Positions 43,765 to 54,187 of a DNA stretch of 64,000 nt are shown one piece after another. The translations under genes and the position numbers were made by a program. The DNA comes from Methanobacteriota archaeon (GTDB lineage: Archaea; Halobacteriota; Bog-38; Methanoflorentales; Methanoflorentaceae). Every line of letters begins with the position of its first letter. The stretch's first letter is position 1. Location of the stretch: positions 864,001 through 928,000 of the forward strand of contig OY970393.1 of NCBI GenBank assembly GCA_963720465.1, in the 5' to 3' direction. The notes under the pieces are model-generated. The model saw only the letters and a list, made by a program, of their open reading frames with translations. It was not told the DNA's origin and ran no database searches.

Positions 43765-43973
43765 CGAAGCTCTTCTTCTTTCACCATATCCCGCACTAGG
43801 CGAATCCGATCAGGAAATGAGACCCCTATTCTTTCACGAGAATATACTGAAGCTGTATGATGCATCCCCATATGCAGGGGTGAGCACAAATGTCACTGGC
43901 TGCGTATATAGCTCTTAACCTAGACGATGAGGATAAGGATGTGTTTATAACTCCTGACTTAGACGACGAGGAC
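43765..43973 (+). repeat. Diverged dispersed repeat, copy 1 (partner 49512-49682)
   Basis: Shared blocks GAAGCTCTTCT, TAGGCGAA, CGATCA, TCACGA.AATATACTGAAGCT, ATGTCA, CTCCTGAC.T.GACGACGAGGA. Confidence 0.85.
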
Positions 43974-43985
43974 GGCGAGATTTAA
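43890..43985 (+). CDS. Small acidic peptide, copy 1 (MSLAAYIALNLDDEDKDVFITPDLDDEDGEI)
   Basis: GGGGTGA SD; homologous copy at 49639. Confidence 0.5.
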   Translation: MSLAAYIALNLDDEDKDVFITPDLDDEDGEI

Positions 43986-44052
43986 ACAAGCTCCAATAGG
44001 CAAATGGCCGCCGTAACTAGCTTATAATAATGCGCAACGGCGATATTCCTGC

Positions 44053-44139
44053 ACAATACGGCGCGCGCTCATACACGTCCTGTAAGCCCCGGTCGTTAAA
44101 TTGCAGGTAAACCGCCGTCGTGTTTATGTTACTGTGATC
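44053..44139 (-). pseudogene. Second tyrosine recombinase C-terminal remnant (not in ORF track)
   Basis: Manual translation DHSNINTTAVYLQFNDRGLQDVYERAPYC, matching DHSSMATTAVYLQFNDRDIRDLY at 42.4 kb. Confidence 0.85.
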
Positions 44140-44274
44140 CCCGCATCTGGTGACGAAGCACAGCCAAGAGAGCAATCAGCACACCGAGCGTGACCGCCAC
44201 GGCCACAGCGAACCAGGAGTAATTTAGGGACGGGCCCGTGCTCGCCAGTGTAAGCGGGTAATGGTCAGCGACGT

Positions 44275-44538
44275 ATGAGCCCGGCGATCGAAAAGGCATA
44301 TTCCGACCAGCTGACGGTGCACGAGCTGAAAGAGAAGCTCCCTGCATGGGTGCACACGCTCAAAACGACGAACTTGCAGCTCGTAAGGGCGGAGCACAAC
44401 AAGACGACGCGGATCGTCAACAAGACGATCAGTGACTCCATGCAATACACGGTTGACAGTATCTCGGTCTTTTTGTTTGTCGGATTTATCTCCCCGCTGT
44501 TTATTGGCCGTCGAAAGCACGCTCCCCAGGCACGTTAA
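44275..44538 (+). pseudogene. Probable C-terminal fragment of a membrane transporter (MFS-like)
   Basis: Single terminal TM helix followed by basic tail; weak resemblance only. Confidence 0.3.
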
Positions 44539-44833
44539 GTGCTGCTCGAGGGGTGCCAACGGCTTCCGCAATAATCTGCAGCGGCTTCCCACCATTCTCT
44601 ACGACAGTTAGCTTCTAAGCAGCATCGCAGGAACGACAGAATTGCATAAGCACTTTGCCTCCTCGCTCGTTGACAGGTTGTCGCGTAACCAGCTTTGCTT
44701 CATCTGTAGTCATTTCGCGACAGTAACGAAAGCTGCGATTTGTTGCGATTCCCGAGCGCACGTTGGGAATAAGTTTAATGACAGATGCCGGGTATTACAT
44801 TTGCATCTAAGCAGCGACATAGGAGCTGCATTT

Positions 44834-45112
44834 ATGAAAAAGACAACATTGAACGCAATAGTTAGTTCGATTGCTTTTTTTTCGTTCCTAGTCGTGGCGA
44901 TAACGGGTATTATCCTTTGGCTGGCCATCCAATTTGGCCAGGAGGCGCCCCTAGGCATTGTTTGGTATACTTGGTCAAACGTGCACACTTATTTCGCTCT
45001 GTTATTCACTGCACTCTTGGGAGTGCATCTCGCTCTTCACTGGAGTTATTTCAAATCTCGTTTGCTTTTTCAATCTCCAGCGCAAAGCACCAAGAAGAAA
45101 CGCCGCGACTAA
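44834..45112 (+). CDS. DUF4405-like membrane protein
   Basis: ITGIILW, WSNVH, VHLALHW. Confidence 0.8.
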   Translation: MKKTTLNAIVSSIAFFSFLVVAITGIILWLAIQFGQEAPLGIVWYTWSNVHTYFALLFTALLGVHLALHWSYFKSRLLFQSPAQSTKKKRRD

Positions 45113-45403
45113 TCGAGATGGTTGGGTGAGTTGCACGATTGGAGACTTATCGGATAACGGTTGTGATTTTGGACTGCTATTAACATTCCTGCTTATGCAC
45201 CTTATTGGTGAGCCGCATGAGGCAAATCGTTTAGTCGCATGAGGCGAAAACTGAAGTGGTTAGCCTCATTCGTGATACGTCCGTGCATATAGGTATCTTG
45301 ACACTCATGCTACATACTGCCGTCCGCTAATGCCAGAAAAAAAAAACAGTCGATCAGCGCAATATAATGAAAGCTTGAAGATAGGTTCAATAAAGGTCAG
45401 GAC

Positions 45404-45720
45404 ATGTGCGCGCATGACCCCCTTGACTCCCCCTACAAAAAAGGAGACATCATCGGGGGAGAATATGAAATCCAAGACGTAATAGGGCATGGCGATTTTG
45501 GCGTTGTTTACAGAGCCTATTCAAAAGAGGCCCGAGAAGTCTTTGCCCTGAAAACGCTGTTAAATGAGCGTTTTCAAGATCCACGAGAGCGCAAGCTGTT
45601 CTTAAAAGAGGTCTATGTCTGGGTGAACTTAGGCGCGGATCCATATGTTCGTTGAGGCACGTCAAGTGCAGGTAATAGATGGCCGAATGCATGTCGCCTT
45701 GTAATACATCGCTCCAAGCG
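45404..45720 (+). pseudogene. Ser/Thr protein kinase N-lobe remnant
   Basis: IGHGDFGVVY, FALKT, FLKEVYVW; then frameshift/stops (QVIDGRMHVAL*YIAP). Confidence 0.85.
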
Positions 45721-45885
45721 TCGAAGGAGCCTTGAGCACCTCTTTTAGCCTTTCCGTAGCTCCTAGCTCATCATTTCTTTTTTAGAACGAAATAGCTAGA
45801 GCTATATGCAAGGTCGAGCGCGTTCAAAACCATGCAAGAATCCATCAACCCCGAGCCGGGCCTGGGCAGCGGAGAGTAAACGATT

Positions 45886-46482
45886 ATGACAAGCGAATCA
45901 GGAACGATCGACGTCACCCAGGTGAAAAACCTGGACGTGACCGCAAACCCGGCGGTGCTCGGGCTGACCGCCTTCGGGTTATCGACCATCCTTCTTAACT
46001 TAAGCAATGCGGGGTACTTTGCTCTCGGTTCGATGATCCTCGCGATGGGAATCTTCTACGGGGGTCTCGCGCACGTTGTTGCGGGGATCATGGAGTGGAG
46101 GAAGAACAACACGTTCGGGATGACCGCATTCCTGTCTTATGGGTTTTTCTGGCTGAGCCTTGTCGCCCTTCTGATTCTCCCGAAACTGGGACTCGCGGCT
46201 GCGACGAGTGCGAGTGGGATGGCGGCCTACTTTGGGATGTGGGGACTCTTTACGCTCGTCATGTTCATCGGCGCGCTCAAAACAACCCGGGCATTGCAAG
46301 TTGTCCTTGGCTTACTTACCGTGCTGTTCTTCCTGCTGGCAATTGGTGAGATAACAGGGAATGCCACCATTACCCAGGTTGCTGGCTATGAAGGGATCAT
46401 CACCGGTCTTTCGGCACTCTATGCCGGCCTGGCACAGGTATTAAACGAGATGTACAAAAGGACAGTTGTTCCGCTGGGGTGA
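45886..46482 (+). CDS. satP: Acetate uptake transporter (GPR1/FUN34/SatP family)
   Basis: [27 protein letters not shown]. Confidence 0.93.
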   Translation: MTSESGTIDVTQVKNLDVTANPAVLGLTAFGLSTILLNLSNAGYFALGSMILAMGIFYGGLAHVVAGIMEWRKNNTFGMTAFLSYGFFWLSLVALLILPKLGLAAATSASGMAAYFGMWGLFTLVMFIGALKTTRALQVVLGLLTVLFFLLAIGEITGNATITQVAGYEGIITGLSALYAGLAQVLNEMYKRTVVPLG

Positions 46483-46991
46483 AGAGAGCTCCTTGCCCCA
46501 TTCATAGGGATTCTCTTTTTTAGTGTCAAGCTGCCGAGGTGTTCTGTCGACTTCGGTTCCAATTTTTTAGCCCTCATGGGGTTAGCGGATTGCCGGCTTG
46601 TCTACTGATTTCCTCACACCGCCATGCTGCGACGAATCCCGTTCAAAATGACTACCGTTATTGCCGATCTCCCTTTTCGGCAATGAGAATGAAGAACATC
46701 ACTTGATTTAATAGGTGCATGGATGCTTCAACAAATATGCAAGGAATCACTAGAGCGCAATCAATTATAAGCAAGTTTCTTAGTTCTCGGCGTGCAGCTG
46801 TTTGCAGGGCCCTCACTACCGCAAGGTAATCAACCTTCTTTCCAAATGCCCTGCGTACAGTGCGTGACTGCTTCTATCGGCACGCACACTCAAAAAACCT
46901 TAAGTAGCATTCGCATGCATAGCGCAATTCTGCTACTATGTAGCATGCTAGACGCCGAACTTTTCGTGTGGTTTTCGGAGGACCAAACGTG

Positions 46992-47114
46992 ATGATCTGG
47001 GGCATGGATTTGTGGGTTTTCACGGCTTTTATACTCGTTTATGCTGGCGTCGTGTTTGGCATCGTCTATGGGTTGTGGCCGCGAAAAGACGAGGATGAAC
47101 AGGAAGACACGTAA
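46992..47114 (+). CDS. Small symporter accessory membrane protein (40 aa, not in ORF track)
   Basis: MIWGMDLWVFTAFILVYAGVVFGIVYGLWPRKDEDEQEDT*, abutting a solute:sodium symporter start. Confidence 0.7.
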   Translation: MIWGMDLWVFTAFILVYAGVVFGIVYGLWPRKDEDEQEDT

Positions 47115-47235
47115 ATGGCAAACGTCGTCACTTTCGTCGTCATGCTCGCCATCTATTCGGCGATAATGATCTATATTGGCTACCGTGGCTATAAAGCGAC
47201 CAAAAACGTGCAAGATTGGCTTGTCGCCGGCCGAC
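47115..47235 (+). pseudogene. Sodium:solute symporter N-terminal remnant
   Basis: YIGYRGYKATKNVQDWLVAGR then homology stops. Confidence 0.8.
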
Positions 47236-47325
47236 GCCGCTGCACTGAGGGATCTCGTGCAAAATGGCACCGCCATGTCATAAAATCCATCAAATGGGAT
47301 AGCTCCCGATTTCGGCCGATAATGG

Positions 47326-47880
47326 TCACTTTGTACCTATGAGGGATCCTCCGAACCCTAGGGCCCACACAAAGATCGGGTAGGCGATCATGCGCTCCAT
47401 CCCGCCTGGACCTATTCCCAGATCGTGATGCGTGAGGCTTAGGACAAGGGCAACGAGCGCGAAGATCCCGAGGCCTACTGAGAAGTACGAGAGTGGCAGG
47501 CGCAGCACCCTATACGACAGAATCGCGGAGACCGCGCCGAAGGCGAGCATAACGAGCGCGAAGAAGCTGTGGGGCGCGCCGGTGGTTTCAGGGAATAAAC
47601 CCACCCCCACAGCGCAAGCGCCGGTGACCGCAAGGGTGATTGTAAGGGGCGTGCCGAGGGTACGCCGTCCGAGCAGTGAACCGATGAGTGCGAATGCTCC
47701 GAACACCACGGTTGACGCGTTGAACAAAAGCGCCGTTTGTCCCACACCCAAATCCTTTAGGTAGTTGGTCGCCACGGTATACCCGGGATACAGCGCTTCG
47801 GTGATCACTATCACGAGCACGTACTGCGCTACGCCAACAAAAATGAGGCCCCCGGAGAGAGAGCGGTTCTCGATGCGCAT
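47326..47880 (-). CDS. DUF998 membrane protein
   Basis: EALYPGY...NY..DLG, GVGLFPE, GGMERM..YP. Confidence 0.85.
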   Translation of the reverse strand: MRIENRSLSGGLIFVGVAQYVLVIVITEALYPGYTVATNYLKDLGVGQTALLFNASTVVFGAFALIGSLLGRRTLGTPLTITLAVTGACAVGVGLFPETTGAPHSFFALVMLAFGAVSAILSYRVLRLPLSYFSVGLGIFALVALVLSLTHHDLGIGPGGMERMIAYPIFVWALGFGGSLIGTK

Positions 47881-48081
47881 TAGTACTCACCCAGCTGTCA
47901 CTGAGTGATAGCTTAAGTGTTGTCATTTAGCTGCACACGTTTGATACGTCAAGTCTCATCTGCTAACGTTTCAAACCGCCCGCGTGCACACAAATAGGAT
48001 AGATGAGCGCACGCACGATGATATTACGGATCGTTGTGGGCTGCCATGTGCCGCCGCGCTTCGTAGGAAGCCCCGCATCGT

Positions 48082-48360
48082 TTAACTGTGCGGCAACGGT
48101 CGACATTTGGGAATAGTGACAACGACTGCTCGCTTGCCTTCACTATCAACGACCTCTATTTTTGGATGAATGGACAAAAGAGAGACGATTTGATTAGTAA
48201 CTTTGTCCAGATACTCGCTGGTCGGCGGGACTCCTACGATAGCGCCGTGCTTGTCCACCCCAAGGACGACGATCCCACCCGACGCGTTTGCCAAAGTGCA
48301 GATGCTCTCGAAAAAAGTGCTGCCGGCAGACTCCTTAAACTCCACGTCTGGAAGCTCATC
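48082..48360 (-). pseudogene. AlbA_2/Schlafen-like domain fragment
   Basis: VEFKES, ICTLANASGGIVVLGVD; C-terminal domains absent. Confidence 0.8.
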
Positions 48361-48699
48361 CCTCTTTGCAGTTTGTTTGCCAGCAGCTCTTTCAGTTCGT
48401 CTACATCCATGGCTCTTTTGAGTAGGTGCTTCGAGTGACAAAGGCTTGTATGCTCAACTTACGATTGTGCTCCCTTATATGAGGTATAAGTTGCGGGAAC
48501 GATCGTTACTTTCATTACCTTTTCATTACCTTCCGTGACAAACAAATCTGCTCAACTGCTATTAGAAGCACTGGTAGGATCATTGTTAATGCAGACAGCA
48601 GACAAACAGCGCGCGAGCTTGCCAGTAGTTCTTACGCCGTAGTTCAAAACGCAAAAAGCTTAAACTGAAGACCGCAACTACTGATGGAAGGAGCCTACA

Positions 48700-49173
48700 A
48701 TGAAGCCTTTAGTGGTATTTTATTCACGAACCGGAGCGACCAAACAGGTGGGGGAGGCTCTTGCCCAAACGCTCAACTGCGACAGTGAGGAACTCCTTGA
48801 CAAAAAGAAACGCAGCGGGCCTCTGGGTTTTATGAGGTCCGCAAGGGATGCGCGGGCGAAAAAGCTCACCACGCTTGCAGAGATCAAGCACGATCCCGCG
48901 ATATATGCTCTAGTGATACTCGGCACGCCAATTTGGGGCGGCACGTTGTCGAGCGCTATGCGCACCTATATCACCAACAACAAAGCGAAGTTCAAACGCG
49001 TCGCATTTTTTTGCACACAAGGAAGCACTAAGAGTCAGCCCTTGTTTGATGAGATGGAAGCGCTCTGTGAGCAACATCCGGTAAATATCCTTGCTCTCCG
49101 ACAAAAGGAGGTCAAGGCAGGTGCCTATCAAGAAATGATTCGCCAGTTTGTGGATGGGTTACAGGCACCATAG
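48700..49173 (+). CDS. Flavodoxin-like protein
   Basis: FYSRTGAT, LGTPIW, AFFCT.G. Confidence 0.9.
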   Translation: MKPLVVFYSRTGATKQVGEALAQTLNCDSEELLDKKKRSGPLGFMRSARDARAKKLTTLAEIKHDPAIYALVILGTPIWGGTLSSAMRTYITNNKAKFKRVAFFCTQGSTKSQPLFDEMEALCEQHPVNILALRQKEVKAGAYQEMIRQFVDGLQAP

Positions 49174-49511
49174 GTATAGAACTCACCTATTCGGCACGCT
49201 TCCACACCGATTGCCCCCCGCTGACTCTAGTGGAGTCTAAACGGGCCCATCTCAAACCTACATCCTTAGCAGGCCTGCGAACGAAATGACTGCAGCCACA
49301 AAAACAAAACTGAGCGACATAAAGAGCGTTGCGGTTACCTTGGCGGATTGAAATCGAGTTGGAAGCTCCATTTTATAGCTGTGACTAATACGAAAAAACC
49401 CATTTCACGTAGTCGAAAGGGCATTGAAAACCTGAAAAAAACTCCTTTCATAGCGTTAAGAAATGTAATTTATTCTTTGCTGCATTCAGCCCGATGAACC
49501 GAATGTTCGAC

Positions 49512-49682
49512 GGAAGCTCTTCTCCTTTTGATACACATTATTCATTAGGCGAAGCGATCAAGAAAGGAGACTCTATTCTCTCACGACAATATACTGAAGC
49601 TATATCGTGGGCCCCCATACATTGGAGGTGAGAAAGAGATGTCATTGCATGTGCGTATAGCTCCTGACCTGGACGACGAGGA
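49512..49682 (+). repeat. Diverged dispersed repeat, copy 2
   Basis: Aligns by eye with 43765-43973. Confidence 0.85.
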
Positions 49683-49785
49683 ACACGCTCGGAAAGGATC
49701 GAAGACGGTGAATGGGAAGAATAATAACAACATTGCCATCCCATCATACCCTAAACATCCTATCCCCATTAGTTCCCATGAGTGA
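49639..49785 (+). CDS. Small peptide, copy 2 (MSLHVRIAPDLDDEEH...)
   Basis: Perfect GGAGGTGA SD; shares I.PDLDDE motif with copy 1. Confidence 0.45.
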   Translation: MSLHVRIAPDLDDEEHARKGSKTVNGKNNNNIAIPSYPKHPIPISSHE

Positions 49786-50413
49786 TCAGGGAAGATTCGG
49801 AAAAATACCCAATATGTTTTTTGTGTTTGCCGCCCAGGACAGCACGGAGTGCTCGACCAACAACAAGACTCTTAAAGCGCTCTTTTTTACAAGGCAGCAA
49901 GGAGAACGCGAATTTACCATTGTTCGCGCTTCGCAAACTGGCCAAGAAATGATAGGGTTCGGGGGAGCGCACAACAAGTATAGAGATTGAGTATTCTCTA
50001 TGCAGTGACTATTTCTGGTGCAAAGCGCACAGCGATGTGGTCGGATGTTGCCCTCAATGTGAATTGGCCAGTTCTTTTGTATCCCATTAAGCAATAGGCG
50101 TGCCAAAATACGATTAGTTATAGAGAAAAAAAAGCACTAATATGAAGGCTGACTATGATGGCCCACTAGAGGGTACATCCGAGCTTTACAACGCCCTCAA
50201 AGGAATTAGTAAAGATTGGTCTATTTTTAGCACAACTGAACGAAATGACTTTTGCCTTCTTTTTAGTCTTTATTGTCGAGAATTGCGAATCAAGTACCGA
50301 GTCTTTAAGTGTAGAGCAGGCGAAGTAATGCGGGAGAAGTATATAGACTGCAAAAACCACACCACTAAGTGGCTGGCGTCGGTTGCGCAGTCTCTGGGCT
50401 TTCTGGCAAGATC

Positions 50414-51825
50414 ATGTCGACGCGTCTAAACGATTACGGCAACTTCGCAAGAACCTACAAAGGAAAGGGCGAGTTTCGCTTTCCAGCAGGAATATTCGAT
50501 TTAGCAGACAGCACGTCATTTCCATGCAGATTTGAATGTGGTCAAACCAACGAAGGAAAAATATTGTGCATATGTTGGTTTGATGACGAAGAGCATTGCA
50601 AATTGCTAATTAGCTTAACAACTGAACTGTTTGCTCTTAGATGGAATGGATTTGCGAAACACTCACGAATTGAGAAGCTGCCTTACCCTTATCTCTCGGG
50701 GTTCGCGTCGGAACGATCTATCAGCGTCGTCATGCATCCTAAATATCCTATGTATTTTAAAGCAGAGTCTGCTCTGATGTTCTTTGCGCGCAAGCTCTCT
50801 ACAGACGGCTCAGCCTACACCATTTGCAATGTAGTTGCGTTTAAATTTGCAGTCGCTAATTTCGTTTTTGATGATGATTTGCCAACATGGACTCTTGATG
50901 AGAGCGAAGTAACCATAACGAAAGTTGAGAACTACGAAGAAACAACCGCCCGCTTGCTGATAGAAGGCGGTACAGAGATCACTGCTGAAATGTCTATAGA
51001 GCCCGCTGCAGATGACTCTCAAGATCTGAAGCGCATTGAAGGTATCGCCACAGACATTTGCCACATCTTGTCTCTAGCAAAAGGTTGTAAGATACAGTGG
51101 CTCTTTTGGGAGGCAGTTTCAGATGAAGGCGAAGTAGTGAAAACGTATCACTGGACCCCGTGGATGTTACCGTATGCGCCTCTTGACATCACATGCGACA
51201 AGCTGACTCCAATTCATTCTGATATATGGGATTTATCAATGAGTGTTTTTCGGCGTTCAAGAAGGAATGCAAAGAAGATAACTGGGCAATAGAAGAAGCT
51301 ATTGACCACTATATCAACGCTGTGCTCCAACAAGGACTTCTTGAACTCAGAGGTTTGTCGCTGGTTGTGTTGATCGACTTCCTAACCGGACGCTATGAAG
51401 AAAAGCATGACATGGAATATCTCTTGAACGAGAAGAGCTTCAAAAAGGAAGGAAAGAAGTTACACAAATCCATAAAGCAGCTATTAGAGAAGCACTTTAG
51501 CCAAAATGACGTCATAAAGAGAGAAGGCGATTTAGGGTCATTTCCTAAGGTTCTTAAGCTGATGACTGGTAAGTACAAAGAACTAAACAGATCCAGCTTT
51601 AGCACGGTTCTAAATCAGGCATGCCTAAGTTTAAATCTCAACATAAAGGATGAAGAGCTTGCTAAGGTCGTAAAAATTAGAAACAAGCTCGTTCATACCG
51701 CTCGCTTCTTCGACCAAGGAGAGACCGACGGAGCGTGGCAGAATACTGAAGATAAAATGGGCCAATATTCAAGAATAAGGAATTTCGTCGGGTGTATGTT
51801 GCTCGCAATCCTTGGACATCGTTGA
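50414..51825 (+). pseudogene. ApeA-like N-domain + HEPN protein, frameshift at ~51232
   Basis: ICHILSLAKG; IWD continues as FINECF after a 1-nt shift; IRNKLVH Rx4H motif. Confidence 0.7.
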
Positions 51826-51839
51826 CGCTATCATGAACT

Positions 51840-52030
51840 TCAATCTAAAGTTGTAGTTGATGGCACGCTAACCCAACAATTTCTGCCACATTTAACAAAA
51901 GGCACCATCCCGATGAGTTCGACCCTATTGATGGAGTGATTATCGAACCTGCAGATCGCCTTGCGGCATTCCGTGAAGCCTATCAGGCGATTAAAAACGG
52001 CATTGTTACGTCGCCCTGTTCCCGCAACTG
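51840..52030 (+). pseudogene. HD-domain (YfbR-like) protein C-terminal remnant
   Basis: Manual translation DEFDPIDGVIIEPADRLAAFREAYQAIKNGI. Confidence 0.5.
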
Positions 52031-52095
52031 AAGAGGGTTTATACGTAAGTGCAGGCTGCGGAAAAACCTCCTTTTTGGAACTCCCGAGGCCGAAC

Positions 52096-52722
52096 TTACA
52101 ACAACAGCAGCCGTTCGCGATAGCGCTGTAACTCCACTTCGCGCTCGTCAGAAGAGAGCGAGTGGACGCCATAGGCAACAAACGGTGGCAAGACTTCCAT
52201 GCCAGCCGTCAGGAACATGTTGCGAGCGAAGGTAAGCAGGACGTTAATATCCCCCGCTGGTCCTTTCGGAGCGTACATCGCAGCACCGCCCCCTGTCGTG
52301 AATGCTAACAGCGCCTTCTTGCCCGAAAGAAGCGGGTCATAGGTCGCGAAGTTTACCGCTATACCATTGGCCAAGACGCGGTCGCACCACCCCTTCAAAA
52401 TTGCCGGGAATGACTGCCACCAGAGAGGAAATTGGAAAATGACGAGATTGGCCCAATCAACTTTCTCAATTTCCTTCGTTATATCGTCAGCGAAGGATCC
52501 TCTCATTGCAGCGTGGTACTGTTCGTTGAGCGGATCGAAGAAATTCAGATTTTGTCGCTCTTTAAAATCGCGCTCATCCAGCGTTGCCTTGAAATTCATA
52601 GCATAAAGATCTGAGACCTGTACAGCATGCCCCGCCTCGGTTAGAGCGTCGACGGCAGTTTCTCGCATTGCAGCATTAAATGAGCGCGGATTTGGGTCCG
52701 CATAGACAATAAGTACGTTCAT
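52096..52722 (-). CDS. NAD(P)H:quinone oxidoreductase (flavodoxin_2 family)
   Basis: SFN, SDLYAMNF, FQFPLWW..PAILKGW.DRV. Confidence 0.92.
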   Translation of the reverse strand: MNVLIVYADPNPRSFNAAMRETAVDALTEAGHAVQVSDLYAMNFKATLDERDFKERQNLNFFDPLNEQYHAAMRGSFADDITKEIEKVDWANLVIFQFPLWWQSFPAILKGWCDRVLANGIAVNFATYDPLLSGKKALLAFTTGGGAAMYAPKGPAGDINVLLTFARNMFLTAGMEVLPPFVAYGVHSLSSDEREVELQRYRERLLLL

Positions 52723-53500
52723 TTCTTACCAGCTCCTCGCGTGACTTAGCCTTCTAATGGACTTGATTTCGCATAATATATAAAAAGACTTAGCATTTAT
52801 TGTGTGGCTGGAACTCCCTTTCTTCACGCTTTGCGGAGATCCTCCCCGAACATAAAAGGTCTGACGTTGATTGAAATGGCCGAAATAGACGACGTCCTTA
52901 CAGACCAAACTTGACACGGACGTGTGAAGTCGATATCGGGATTATCCACATCGGAGGCGGCACAAATAGAAAGATAACAGTGCCTGTGCTAAACACTTAT
53001 AACAAAATTCCCAGACTGAGCAAGGGCTACTAAAGGGAAGACTCAATCGATACGCCGCATTTGCTTGTGCTATTACCTAGCTATTGGTTTGGTTTTTGGA
53101 ATAAGAAGAGATCAGCGCTAGGGGCATGTGTAGTCATCTTCGCATCACTGCTTGCAACATCCGACTGGCCGTGCACGTCACACTCATCATCAAACCAGAC
53201 GAGCGCAACGATTACTGACGGCAGCAAAAACAGCAAGCGTTGCCGCTTACAAAATGGTGCAGCCACACGGGATGACGACGAGCTCGCTTAGGAGCGCGCA
53301 AAGAAGACCATTACAAGCTTTTTCGCGTTCATAACTAGTCTTCTTTATTCATGGTCAGCGTGTAGGAGGGAACGCCTTCCCGTATGGCCACAAGTGCTTC
53401 ACGGCGTTGAACCGCGCTTAGTTCAACGTCGCTAAGCTGGTGAAATAAGCAACGGTTTCGCTCTCGTTGCTTTGCGCACAGTATGAGGTTAATCATACTT

Positions 53501-53530
53501 AAGCGTTATTACGTGCCAGTAATAACGCTT
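53501..53530. promoter_or_regulatory. ModE-type operator upstream of mop
   Basis: AAGCGTTATTAC-N6-GTAATAACGCTT (CGTTAT-N12-ATAACG), next to TTTTATAA. Confidence 0.85.
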
Positions 53531-53810
53531 TTATAACACAAAATACATGATGCTTTGAGGTTCGGGATGTTACACAACTCCCTTACCTTATCTCCCAGAT
53601 TTGTTGAAGAAGTGGCAACATATGCACAGCGTGCATATGCGTCTTCTTTGCCTAGCGATCGTAGGCCTTATGAGTTGTGCTTTGTCCGTCTTTTTACATT
53701 TCTTCCTGCGCAATTGCTTTCAAGAGGGGCAACCTCGAAAACAAATGGCCAGAATATTGCAAGGACAAATGATAAGAACCAACAGGTTAAGCTGAAAAAG
53801 GTGATACAAA

Positions 53811-54017
53811 ATGCCTATTAGCATACGTAACCAATTTCCCGGTACAGTCAAAGAAGTAAAGTTGGGCGCTGTAATGGCCGAGATCATCGTGCAAGTTGGT
53901 GGTGGCAATCAGTTCATTTCAGCCATCACCAAAGATGCCGCAGAGGACCTCGCACTCAAAGCCGGCGATGAAGTGACTGTGCTGGTGAAATCAACATCGG
54001 TCATGATTCAAAAATAA
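53811..54017 (+). CDS. mop: Molybdenum-binding TOBE protein (Mop/molbindin)
   Basis: ISIRNQ..G.V, SAIT, LVKSTSVMI. Confidence 0.92.
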   Translation: MPISIRNQFPGTVKEVKLGAVMAEIIVQVGGGNQFISAITKDAAEDLALKAGDEVTVLVKSTSVMIQK

Positions 54018-54187
54018 TATTGAACGCTGAAAACCGGCTTGACTTCAGTGCTCAGGAGCACGAAATACGCGGATCCCAAACAAAATATAAAGTACATTTC
54101 GGCTAATGATAAGCTCCAACAGCCTGAGCTCACGCGAAAACAACTGGTGTTGAAGGATCTCCAGGAGGGACGCTAGCTCTGCAGAAG

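Larger units (their letters stand above)
31200..53400. mobile_element. Decayed accessory island / provirus-like remnant (boundaries approximate)
   Basis: Terminase pair, integrase remnants, HEPN proteins, low coding density and many fragments between modC and mop/modA. Confidence 0.65.

Noticed and set aside
36400-53400. Integron cassette array
   Set aside because: Genes are in mixed orientation, I found no recurring attC-like site, and the integrase is only fragmentary.
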